Origin: Saprolegnia diclina VS20
Lineage: Eukaryota
DNA: 64,000 nt
Reading direction: 5' to 3'
Assembly (NCBI RefSeq): GCF_000281045.1
Contig: NW_008246068.1
Span: 145,606 to 209,605 of the forward strand
Position numbers and translations under genes: made by a program. Each line of letters starts with the position of its first letter. Within the stretch, counting starts at the first letter, position 1. Below are positions 52,422 to 63,151 of the stretch, piece after piece. The notes under the pieces were generated by a model that was given only the letters and a program-made list of their open reading frames with translations, was not told the DNA's origin and did no database searches.

Positions 52422-53444
52422 ATGCTGACCTCGACGCTGTCGCGCTGCCGCTTGGGCCTCCGCTCGCTCCCGCGCTCGTTCTGCGCCCATGCGGCTCCGG
52501 CTGCGCCGGTCGCCGCCGACCCCAGCCAGACGATCCTCACGAACGCGCTGCGCCACGTCCAAGCCTCGGGGTATGTACGATGCCAAGGACGGCGAGGAGG
52601 ATGCTGATGCCTGCTTGCTGTAGCTGGACCATTGAGACGCTCGGCCAGGGCGCGCGGGACGCGGGCTTTCCGTCCATCGCGCATGGTATGTTCCCGCGCG
52701 GTCCTATCGAGCTCGTCGAGTTCTTCATGGACGACTGGCAGCGCCAGGTGCAGGACGCGCTGGCCGCCGAGCCCGTCGACGGCGAGTTTGTGCCGACGGA
52801 CCGCCTCAAGCGCGGTGTCCAGATCCGGCTCCAGCTCCTTTCGCCGTACTTGCACGTGTGGCCGCAGGCCATGGCGCTCGGCGCGCTGCCGCAGAACGCG
52901 CCGACAACCATGAAGAAGCTCGCGCAGGCCTCGGACGACATTTGGTTCTTCGCCGGCGACCGCTCCACGGACCTCTCGTGGTACACGAAGCGCGCGGTCT
53001 TGACTGGCATCTACACGGCCACGGGTGCGTTCCGCGCCGCCTGCCTCTCCTCATTCTCGCGCTAGAGCTCTTCATGCTCACGGACACGTCGCCCAACCAC
53101 GAAGACACTTGGTGCGTACTCGAGCCTCGCCGTGGGCACTCACGCATTGCTCTACAGGAAGTTTCTCGATCGCCGCGTTGAAGAAGCCATCGCGCTCGGC
53201 GAAGTGCCCCAGAACGTACGTCCATTTCGGAATGCTGACCACTCCGATCTGAGATGCGATATAGGCGGGCGACATTGCTGGTATGGTGAGCATTGGTCTG
53301 CAGTCGCTTCTGTCGACGGCGGCCGCGCTCGCGGGTCCGCTCTCGTCGCAGGTGGTCGCGCAGGTGGCGCATACCGTCCCGAACCCGCTCTCGTCGATCC
53401 CGACCATGACGACGCCGCGCTCGCCGACCGAGCCCAAGCCGTAG
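52422..53444 (+). CDS. COQ9: Ubiquinone biosynthesis protein COQ9, mitochondrial
   Basis: Arg/Ser-rich presequence; AHGMFPRGPIELVEFF, WPQAMALGALPQN, DDIWFFAGDRSTDLSWYTKRAVL, ELFMLTDTSP..TWKFLDRR; four short introns inferred. Confidence 0.93.
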
Positions 53445-53499
53445 ACAGTCCCTTCTTTGCCAGACAACTTATCCACACTATACACTGTCTTTCCTACAG

Positions 53500-56308
53500 T
53501 TACGCGTCGGTCGCAACCGAGAGATTGTCACTTGTCTCGGGGCTCGTCGTCGACGCCATGTCCTCGTCCAGGAGCGCCGTGAGGCTGTCGACACGCACCA
53601 CGACTGGCGACGGTGTGCTCACGACCGACGCCATGTCTCTGCGTCTGGACGGCGCCGTCGACGGTCGACGCGGTCGTCCGTGCACCGGTGACGCCGGCGA
53701 CGTCAAGTCAAACGGGTCCCGCAACGCCCCGAGTAGCTTTTCCCGGGTATCTAGTCGATCGTAGACTGTCTTTTTGTCCATTGGCGGCGCCACTGGCCGC
53801 TGCAGGACACTGAGGACGTGAAACTCTTCCCTAGTCGTCCACAAACCGTTAGAAAATATGGACAACTTGTCTCGTACCGAAGGGCGAGTCGTAGCGACAG
53901 CCGAGACGTCATCGGTCGGTCCCGCCACGACGTTGGCACCGGCGCGGTGCTCGTGCCACGTACTGGCCGGGCCGTGTGCGGGCGACGCAACCGTGGGTGC
54001 TGGGGCGGGCGCTGAGCGACTGGCGGCGACATGTGCATATGCTGCGTCATGTCGGCTTCGAGACACTGCCGCAGCGAGTCGTCGGAGAGCGGTGTGGTCT
54101 CTTCGGTCTCAGCGATCGTCGTCGGCAACGTATGAACGTCGATCGTTCGCTCCGATGTCATTGCGGCGGCGGTCGTTGCTGCTTCGTCCAGATGTTTCGT
54201 GGTCGGACGCCGGCCTTTCCAGAGCATCGACTTGCGGCTCAAGAGTCGCCGGTGTTCGTGCTGCGCATTGAGCTCCGAGAGCTAACGTGTGACCGGATTA
54301 AACAAGACAAGTTGTCCTTCATCGAGGCACCTTCTGATCCTTTTCCTGCTGCGAGCGGTTCGCCACTTCAATGGACGTGACGACGACGCTATGGACGGAG
54401 CCGCAGTGCACACGGAGCGGTGCTGTGCCCGAGAGCGCGTGGACCACCATGGGCAAGTGGGCGTTGCGATCTTCGCCCAAGCCCAGCTACCGAGGTGTGC
54501 ACGTTGGTCAATACCCCTACTTGATGACTAACCTGGCCTTCTTCGCCAAACCCCCACGCAAAGACGCAGCCGTCGTCACCCAGTGCGATCGAGTGCCATT
54601 CGCCGAGCGCACTAACATTGTTGAAACCTCATGCTGCGAAGGGGAGCGAGTACATGGCGGAAACGCATTTTCCCTCAAAGAGGCGCAGGCGCACGGGGCG
54701 AGGCTTGTCTACCGTGGTGCCATCGCCCACTTGGCCGTAGTTGTTGCCTCCCCAGAGAAGCAAGTCGCCTGCCTACAGATTACACAAAGTCGGTCAAGAC
54801 AAGGATCGATGCCGGGTCCTTCTACGTGAGTGAGGAGCGCTGTGTGCATCCCGCCGGCCGCCACTTCCTTGACGCGAACGTCCGCAAACATCTAGAAGCA
54901 CAAATAGGCTAAGAGATCGGAGAGGCTACGAGGTTAGGAGGTTAGGGGGTTAGGAGGTTAGGGTACCTCGAGCGGTGTTGGTAAGTTATAAAAGTCTGTC
55001 TGAGGTCGCAAAAGCCCGAGCCGACCGTTCGCAGCGTTGCCCCACACCAGCACCTGCGTCGGCGTCGTGGCAATCACGTGGTACGTCCCGGCAGCGAGGC
55101 GCTCGACGTGCTGCAAGTGCGGGTTGAGCGTAAAATGCCGCCGACTGCCCATGTCGCCAAGCCCGAGCTGCCCCGCGAGGTTGCACCCGGCCACGTACAC
55201 TTGGTGGAGCTGCGAGATGACGAACGACTGGTCACCGCCGCACACGATCGCGTACGCCGCGCACGGTAAGTGCTTGGCGTGGATCGGTATGTGGTATTGC
55301 TTGGCCTTGAAGCCGACGCCCAACTAGACCACAAGGACGTGTTGTGCACCTTGCCGTCGCGCTATCCAAAACGTACTTGGCCGTACGTGTTGTCGCCCCA
55401 CGCAAAAATGCGGCCGCCGTCGACCGAACAAAGCGTGTGGTTGGCGCCACATGCCACGTGGAAGACCTAAACCCAAATTGTAAACCAGATGTAGATGTGC
55501 AAAGAACTAACGTACTTGATGCTGCACGAGCGAAGCGACGATCGCGGGCACCTTGACGTTGTCGACGTGGAGCTGGCCCAGTTGGCCTTCACTGCCCCGT
55601 CCTACATTTCATAAGACAATGCTCATAGTGCAGTTAGATCATGCTACCAAAGCAGTAGAGATGCGAGTTGATGTCGACAATGGCCGAGTGCTCACGGCCG
55701 CAAGCGATTTGAACAGGGAAGAGCCACTTGCAGCGAAGCGGCGTCGGTGTGCACGCAGCGGTGGGCGTCACTGTGCCAAGACGGCCGTGCAAGTTGGAGC
55801 CAAAAGTAAAGACAAAGAGAGAGTCTTTCCGTAGGATCTGAACCGCGAGGTTGGTGACCGCGCAGGACATATACCGGGTGTCGCAGTGCTTTGTCCGCTT
55901 CACACGGTGCTCGAGCTTGAAGCGCTGGAGCTCGACGGCGTCGGTCGCATGGACGTTGATCTCGTGCGGCTTGCGGTGGGCACATGTAAACATGACCTAC
56001 GCATGGTGGAAGCCTTGATGGCGCACGGCGAGAGTACCTCGGCCGGGACCACGGAAATACCGGGTATGTTGGGGAAGCTAATCGACACGATGACGCAGTG
56101 ATGCTACGATCTCCATGGAACTTATGGGGTATGAAGAGGGTAGTACGGGGAGCGGTGGCTTGGACAAGGAGAGTTCGTATTTGGTTTCGCTGCCGCGCCG
56201 CAAGCGAATGCTGCTGACCGACACGAGCACCTTGACGTCGTCGGCATGGCGCTTGGAGCGCGCTCGGTGCACTGGCACGGGTTGCACCGTCGGGCGTCGG
56301 TCCACCAT
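53500..56308 (-). CDS. RCC1-repeat (beta-propeller) protein, multi-exon, with a low-complexity C-terminus
   Basis: Repeated FGSNLHGRLG, IACGREHS, VACGANHT, WGDNTYGQLG, AAGGMHT, WGGNNYGQVG and LGEWHS motifs across exons; 5' end uncertain. Confidence 0.85.
54930..54961. repeat. Four tandem 8-bp units (GAGGTTAG) inside an RCC1-gene intron
   Basis: gaggttag gaggttag ggggttag gaggttag within the minus-strand intron 54892-54966. Confidence 0.85.
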
Positions 56309-56428
56309 GGCGGCAGTTTTGAATACGTCGTAGAGTAACTGCAGCTAGCCCTCGCGACTCTACTACAGTAGCACTACTAGTGAAGAATTCTCATTTGTAC
56401 TAGTAGATATTTTCGGGGTTATAAAAGT

Positions 56429-56457
56429 AGGGCTAGCCTAGAGTCTAGGCTAGCCCT
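56429..56457. repeat. Perfect 14-bp inverted repeat with a 1-nt spacer
   Basis: AGGGCTAGCCTAGA-G-TCTAGGCTAGCCCT, about 120 bp upstream of the RCC1 gene start. Confidence 0.85.
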
Positions 56458-56620
56458 GCCTGTGAGAAATGCGAAAGTCGAGTGAGGAGTAGGAGTTTGC
56501 ACTGAATGCGCGCCGTGATTGCTTTTCGGATCGAATTACTTTCAGGAGGTTAGGGCAAAGCGATAGAATCTACGTTATAGTTGTACAGCTAGACTAGGAC
56601 ACCGAGTCCTCATGGCGTCA

Positions 56621-57802
56621 CTAGCTCTTGAAGAGACCACCGCGGGCAGCCTGAAGCATTTCCTGAAACCGGGGCGTGTCGACGGGTTCGGACGACGCGG
56701 AGAGGGAAGAGGTGAACGAGGAAGTCATCTCCCAGCTGCTTGGCGCTTCGAGTAGGCTGTTTGTACTGCGCACGTCGTGCTCGGTACTGCGGACAACGTC
56801 GTGCAGGCTGGTTGCGCGAAGCGCGTCACGATGGTTGGTCGTACTCAGTGCATCGCGCGGATGAGCACTGGACCGGTGGCTGGAGGCATGGGACGCGCTG
56901 CTATCGCGGTACCCACCCGTGTTGATGGCAAAGATCAGCTCGGAGCTCTGGAAGCGCGGCTCGGCCTGCTCGAGCTCCGACGGTTTGAAATCGTCATAGC
57001 AAAACGGGCTGTCGGCCGGGAGATACGTCGGCGACGTAGCTTCGTCTTTCTTTGTCAGCATGCGTTGCTGCAAGACGTCTCGCCGGTACTGGACGAGGAG
57101 GAAGAGCACGAGGAGACACCCGGCGACGTCTGCGGCGATGACCCACGGCGTCGACGCCGAGGCATTGGAGCTAGAGCCACCTACGGGTCAGTCATGAGCG
57201 CTCAGAGCGTCTCTATCGATAATGGACGTACTCGAGATATTGCCAGTCGATGGCGTTGACGTCGGTGTCACGATCGGTGGCACCGGCTGTGTCGTGGGCG
57301 GGGCGGTCGTTGTCGTCGTAGGCGTCGTTGATGACGGCGGCGTCGACGTCTGGTGCCTTGACGACGTTGGTGGGTTGGTTGTTACGGGCTTGGACGTCGT
57401 TGTTGGTTGGGGCTTTGGCGTCGTCACGGAAGGACGAGTTGTGGCCGGTAACCTTGTTGTCGTTTGAGGGGAGGGAGCGGCGCTGGAGCTTGTCGGTGCG
57501 GGTGATGGTGGTTTTGATGAAGGCGAAGGTGGTGCTGTCGGGCTCATCGACGGCGTTGGACTGGAGCTTGGCGGCAATGGCGCGGGTGTCGGTGATGCCG
57601 TAATGGTTGGTGTCATAGTTGGCGTCGGTGTCGTAGAGGGGCTGGGTGCCGGGCTGGGACTCGACGTCACGTTCAAATTAGGTGACCACGACGGCGTCGG
57701 GCTGCTCGAGGCGGGTCGCAACGTTGTTGGCGCCACGGTGTCTGCCATAGCGCCTTGATGTGCCATCGCGAGCGCTATCGCAAGTAGTTGTAGCCCCCGC
57801 AT
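56621..57802 (-). CDS. Mucin-like Ser/Thr/Pro-rich single-pass membrane protein
   Basis: Signal peptide MRGLQLLAIALAMAHQGAMA; long S/T/P tract; one intron near 57180-57230; TM segment ending VLFLLVQYRR; cytosolic tail. Confidence 0.8.
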
Positions 57803-58132
57803 TTCGTGATGTGTAGTGCCGTGGCGGCGGATCTCCGACTGGCGGCGCGGTTCCTGCGGCGCCACAGGTCGCGACCAGCTGTCGAATCCTACGGCTCTCT
57901 TTGCCGAAGGAATGACGTTGCTGCACCTCCATCATGGTAATCTCCGAGCCCGCCAAAAACGAGATCGAACTAGTTGCTAGGCCAGTTGTAGAACCATCGG
58001 GTTCGATTCCGACACCGCCAGAACACATGTTTTTGAATAACACAATTTGATTGGTGCATTGCATGATTGGCATCAAATTCGGACCAATCACAAGCGCGCT
58101 CGCTATATCGAGCACAACTGAAACGACCTGGT

Positions 58133-58885
58133 ATGGGCGGTGGCGCCTCCACGATCGCCGGCTTCGAAGCGCTGTCGCCCGCCGACCAAGCTAATGCGCA
58201 AGCCCAATACCAAGCTCTCGTCGCCGACGGCACTTCGGATGAGACTGCAATGACTGCCATTCGGGCCAAATTTACGGCGGCGACAGTGCTCATTGAGCTG
58301 CCACAGCTGCTGGATGCGATCGCCGCCGCCGTAAGCCGAGGCAAGACGCCGCTCGTGGTCGACGCCAGCGATCGCGTCAATACATTCTTTAGCTATCGCC
58401 AGTGCACGCTTCTCGATGGAAAGAAGATGGCCATGGACAAGAGCATGCGCAAGGTGCCCGTGCCAGAGATCATGGAAGAGGCGCGGGCGCGACTCGTGGG
58501 CGCACTCAAGTGCGGCCACCCAATGGTCATTGCCATGAACCAGTGCGTCGTCGACGTTTGGAAAACGTTCAATGACGCGACGCTGCCGGTCGACGTGACG
58601 CAGCATGGAAGGTTGGCGTTCTTCCCAAGCGATCTCGTGTGTTCGAACGCAGGGAAAGGGCTTCTAAACCACCTCGATTCGCTCTACCGACCCGCCGACA
58701 CCAAAGACACGAGCAACATCCCGCTCTGTCGCAACCCCAATGAGTTTCACGTCGTGCTCACGTCGAATTTCGCCCACGTGGACTTTGAAAAGTACCTTTT
58801 CAAGCCCGAGATGGGTCTACCGCCTCCCAAGTACCAGTACGAGTTTATCCTCGTGCAGCAAGAAGCCATCGAAGAAGATTTGTAA
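58133..58885 (+). CDS. Putatively N-myristoylated protein with a domain resembling the IQANK1 C-terminus / dynein AAA5-like fold
   Basis: Starts MGGGAS; GKTPLVVDASDRVNTFFSY..ARLVGALKCGHPMVI resembles the xxPLxIDPxxQAxxF..LxxAxxxGxPxx pattern. Confidence 0.7.
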   Translation: MGGGASTIAGFEALSPADQANAQAQYQALVADGTSDETAMTAIRAKFTAATVLIELPQLLDAIAAAVSRGKTPLVVDASDRVNTFFSYRQCTLLDGKKMAMDKSMRKVPVPEIMEEARARLVGALKCGHPMVIAMNQCVVDVWKTFNDATLPVDVTQHGRLAFFPSDLVCSNAGKGLLNHLDSLYRPADTKDTSNIPLCRNPNEFHVVLTSNFAHVDFEKYLFKPEMGLPPPKYQYEFILVQQEAIEEDL

Positions 58886-59116
58886 TCCATGTGTATATAA
58901 CGCTAAAACGATATGAGCTATCGATCGCGTCTACTTGAGTAATAGCGCCCGACGCTTGGGTTTGCAGTACGCTGCCGCGTACTCGGTCGTATACAGGTGC
59001 CGCGGGTGCACAACCGGATACCGCGGGTGCAGCAGCAGCGGGTTCTACCAAATATGACAATCTTGTCCATTTTACTTTTGCGATAAATCAATCAATACAC
59101 CGTGTAGCGATGCCGT

Positions 59117-60127
59117 TTATGGAAGTAGGGCACAATGTGACTCGGCACACGATGGACGCTCTATCGTACACGAATCACAAGGTTGCACCACGATCGTCGC
59201 TGGAGGTACCTCTGGCTTGGGCGTCGTGGCCAGTACTTTGCTAGTGTGGCCACATGTGGCTTTTGGTGCGGCGGGATCGGTGCTTGACTTCACCGTTGGA
59301 GCAACTGCCTCGCGGCTCGTCGGAGCTGCATCGGCGTTCGCCACCGTCGTTGGAACCGACGCCGCGTAGGTCGTCGTAGGCACCTCTTTCGGGCTGTTTG
59401 TCGACGTCTTGACCAGCTCGAGGCGCTCGATTGCGCCGGACGTTGCTTTGGCGGCCTTGCGTCGGGACCGCGCTTGGGTTTTCTGCAACAGCTGCGTCTT
59501 TTCCCGCGCCAGACGCTGCTTCAAGTGGGCTTCGAGCGTCGCCTGCAGCGCGGAGCAACCAACGATCGGTGCCTCGAAATGCACCTTCTTGGTCGACTTG
59601 ATCGTTGCGATCTTCGTCGATGGTTTGAGGACCACTTGCCGAATGTCCTTGGGTGCCGACTCGTTATGCAGGATGTGTACTGGCAATGGGTGCACGGGCA
59701 TCGCGGGCAAGACAGCCCGACGACTTAGTCGTGGCGGTGGCGACAACAGCGCGGCCAGCGGCGGTCCAAGCGGCTCGGATACAAAGGTGATGGCGCTCGG
59801 TCGGTCGAGGTGCTCGATGTTAGCCTTGCACTGTAGCCGGCGCTGATATGTGAGGTCGTCAAGGCGACCGCCTGCCAACGACTGCTGCAAACTCGCGGCC
59901 GACACGCGCAGCTGATCGAGGTGCATCTTGGTGGCGCGCTTGAGCTCGTCGCCTTGCGAGAGGCTCTCGAGCGACGCCCGGCGCGGCGATGTCGTCTACG
60001 TCAGAGCGCAAGGTCCAGCAGCACATCGTTTATTTTACGGAGTCGATACCCAGGCGAAATAACTCGGTGCTTTCTCCGTCTCGTGCTCCAGCGGCTTGCC
60101 GGCCGCCGGTAGAGGCGCCACTGGCAT
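59117..60127 (-). CDS. Hypothetical low-complexity protein (one intron near 59995-60050)
   Basis: MPVAPLPAAGKPLEHETEKAPSYFAW spliced to TTSPRRASLESLSQGDELKRATKMHLDQ..; long ORF to 59117. Confidence 0.55.
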
Positions 60128-60389
60128 TGAGTCGCGTGGCGTTGCCACGTCACGGAGCTGCCCCTACCGTCTCCTGAGCGCGACGGGCGATTCACATCGG
60201 TCGTCGGTACCTCAACTTCCTTGCTGCCGGTCGCCATGGCCACTGAGAAACGGTTCTGTCAACGGCCGCACCAATGTTCGACGCTGCCAGCAGGGTTGTG
60301 GTCCTCTTCCTCTCCAGCGCAACGCCATTACAAGTGGGTGTCAACGTGGCGCCAGCCAATTCTTCAAATATGTATGTATGGACTTTGTC

Positions 60390-61190
60390 TTAAGGATGGC
60401 TGCTAATGCTCTCGTCTTCGCTGTCTGCACCGTCGTCGGCGGCGACATCCGCATCGCTCGCGGGGCTGGCATCCGCCTCGTCGTCGGCCTCGGCCTCGGC
60501 CCGCTTGTTGGCGCGGCGAGGCTGCTTGGCGGCGCTTCGTGTCGACTTCTTTTCGTGTTGCCGAAGCAGCTTTTGTCCTTGGCGCAAGACAGGTGCCGCT
60601 TCGTGTACAGCTGCGCCGAGCTCGGGACTCACGAGCGTCGCCGCCGACTCGACGTGCTTGAGGTTCGTATTGGCCGCTGCGTGGCGAGCGAGTCGGCCAA
60701 AGGCGGCGGCGCCACTGCCTTCGGACATGGCCTTGTGCCACACACCAGGCGGGCTCGCACCCCCCGAGGGCACGCTCTGCGCGCGCTCTAGGCCGGTGCG
60801 GTGTAGGCGCTCGGAGAGGGTGTCGTACCATGCGTCGCACTCGTCGTTGTCGGCGAGCGTAAACTTGAGGCGGCGCGTGCCCGTGCCGTCGGCGATGAGA
60901 CCATGCGGCAGGTCCGGCGCATACGCGATGCCTGTGACGCGGAAGAAGCCGCGCGGCTTGGTCGTCGCGCGCTCCGAGACGTAGTAGAAGAGCGTGTCGT
61001 CGTGCAGCACCATGTAGCGCCGCTTCCAGTTCTTGACAAAGCTGCCTTGCTTGCGCACGTAGCCGCTAAAGGCGGGTGGCCCCGACGGCGCTTCGTTGCC
61101 GCTGCGACTCGACGAAAGCATGTCGTGGAGGTCGAGCTGCCCGGAGGCTGCTTTGCGCAAGCCGGCGGCGACGTTCTCGAGCAAGGACAT
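60390..61190 (-). CDS. PH-domain protein
   Basis: FSGYVRKQGSFVKNWKRRYMVLHDDTLFYY..KPRG..ECDAWYDTL; start MSLLENV lies just downstream of an INR/FPR-like element. Confidence 0.88.
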   Translation of the reverse strand: MSLLENVAAGLRKAASGQLDLHDMLSSSRSGNEAPSGPPAFSGYVRKQGSFVKNWKRRYMVLHDDTLFYYVSERATTKPRGFFRVTGIAYAPDLPHGLIADGTGTRRLKFTLADNDECDAWYDTLSERLHRTGLERAQSVPSGGASPPGVWHKAMSEGSGAAAFGRLARHAAANTNLKHVESAATLVSPELGAAVHEAAPVLRQGQKLLRQHEKKSTRSAAKQPRRANKRAEAEADDEADASPASDADVAADDGADSEDESISSHP

Positions 61191-61196
61191 CAAGGC

Positions 61197-61212
61197 CAAT
61201 TGAAAACTGAGC
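61197..61212 (-). promoter_or_regulatory. Oomycete INR/FPR-type core promoter element
   Basis: Minus strand GCTCAGTTTTCAATTG, a few bases upstream of ATG 61190. Confidence 0.55.
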
Positions 61213-62052
61213 TCGTGGCGAGGCCGATCACCGGCGAGATTGATTTCGACGTGCACTTCGAACGACGCCGTACGAGTTGCTCGCATATCGCCTTCGGAAT
61301 GCCATGCCACGGACAGCTCGTCAGCGCAGGCTCCGTTGAGCGGCGAGATGGTATCGGCCTTTTGACTCCGCGGGTTTCGAGGCAGTCCATGCCCATGGAT
61401 TGACCAAAGCTGCAAGCGGCCGCGGTCGTCGAATCTGCACGATGACGTGGCAGGCTCTGCAAACGTGAAACGGTCGGCATGCGGTGTAACGCAGCGCGTC
61501 ACCGCACCGCTGCATTGCGCACAGACACTGTATAAAACAGAATATAAACGCGTGTCTTTAGCGCAGACAGTATTTTATACAGTGTTTTAAGGCGACCGAC
61601 CCACAACCTGAAAGGACAGGCGACGATTTGATACATGATTTCATGTTGGTCCATGAGTACCTGTAGGGGAAGCTTGTGCGACCAGCAGACTGCGTCAATA
61701 GCAGCCATCCGATTGTCGGCATGTGCACTGCCGAGATCGCATCGGATACAGAATCTGACACAGCGTATTTTATCCGGATTGGCATTGCGCATGCGGAGAT
61801 TCGGTCGTCAGCGCTTGCTTTGCAAAAGTAGCTGACGTTGTGGCACAGCAGTGGTACTTGAAGTGGCTTGAGGAATCTGCTACCACGTTCGGCAGTGCTC
61901 CGCCACCCATGCTCGCCGGTCAAGATGACAGGGGCCATGCGACTATAGTACTCGCCGCTCGTCCGGCGGTCTAAATGAGCAACAACCATTCATTCACATC
62001 AAAGTTTCAAAACGACTAACTCTACGACGTACTACACACAGCGAGACAGGGA

Positions 62053-62784
62053 CTAGGCGCTATAGCGACGGTGCTGTGTCTTGTGGGCAAAGCAGTCTTT
62101 ACGCAGTTGCGCCAGCTCGGCGTCAATCGACGATGTCACGTCGCGGGACAGCGCGTGTCGGGGCACAAACACCGCCGTGCCAAGCCGGCGCGGGATCGGT
62201 CGACCGGCGATCGAGCCCGTCGCGAGCTTCTTCGATACGCGCATCGGGCTGCAGCAAAGCATCTCGGCGAGGAACCCGCGCAGCGTCGTGCCGGTCGGCA
62301 GTGCCAGCGCGCCTTGCACAAAGTACTCGATGAGCTTGGCGGCGTACAGCTGCTCGTAGTGGAACCAGAAGCCACGCGTCTCGCACGTAGCAGTCGCCTT
62401 TTCACCGACGGACGGCGCCGCGTGCCGCGTCTTGAGCGGCTCAACGGCCCGCTTGAAGAGCGTCTCGGCATGCAACAGTTGCTGCAGCGTCTCGACGTCG
62501 GCGTCCGTGACCGCCCGCGGCTCAAAGTGGCTGCGGCCAATGTTGCGAAAGTTGGCGTACGGCAACGCTGCAATCTTCTTAGAGACGCGCATGGGTGCGC
62601 ACTGGAGCTGGCTGGCGATGTAGCTGCGTAGCGACGTGCCGGCCTCGACGGTCGAGAGAAGACCGCGCAGGAAGCACTCGATGAGCGCCAGCATGTAGCC
62701 TTCCTCTTCAGGCAGCCACACACCGGTGCGCTCGGTGACGTGTGCGTCGGCCTGTACAGGCGCCAGTAGCCGTGCAATGTCCAT
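62053..62784 (-). CDS. Protein with two Myb/SANT-like repeats of the stramenopile GxWxxEE..CxPMRVSKK type
   Basis: RTGVWLPEEEGY..LIECF..GTSLRSYIA..CAPMRVSKK and RGFWFHYEQLY..LIEYF..GTTLRGFLA..CSPMRVSKK. Confidence 0.8.
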   Translation of the reverse strand: MDIARLLAPVQADAHVTERTGVWLPEEEGYMLALIECFLRGLLSTVEAGTSLRSYIASQLQCAPMRVSKKIAALPYANFRNIGRSHFEPRAVTDADVETLQQLLHAETLFKRAVEPLKTRHAAPSVGEKATATCETRGFWFHYEQLYAAKLIEYFVQGALALPTGTTLRGFLAEMLCCSPMRVSKKLATGSIAGRPIPRRLGTAVFVPRHALSRDVTSSIDAELAQLRKDCFAHKTQHRRYSA

Positions 62785-63151
62785 TCGGCTCCAATTCAGA
62801 AATGGCCGACCAGGTGCCCGCCCACCCGATCCCCTAGCCCTGCTCGTGGCCGCCGAGAGAGGCGGTGCGATGCAGAGATATCAGAGGGCCTTCGCACAAT
62901 GGCCTTTCCGCTTTGGCTCAAATAGGCGTTTACGAGTAGTAGCTGCGCTGCTGGCGCCACCCACCACTCCATTCTCGTTGTGTTCTGAAGCCCACTCTCA
63001 AGTAGCTGCGCCTCGCTTGCAGTCGCAGCAACTTCGACGCCCTTCTTCGCACGCACCTGCGCGAGGAAGACGACGTGCGTTGCAGCTCAATTCGCGCCAA
63101 TCGGTGACGACACGCGACGTGACAGGCGGCTGGTCGACCAGAGGAGTAGCA

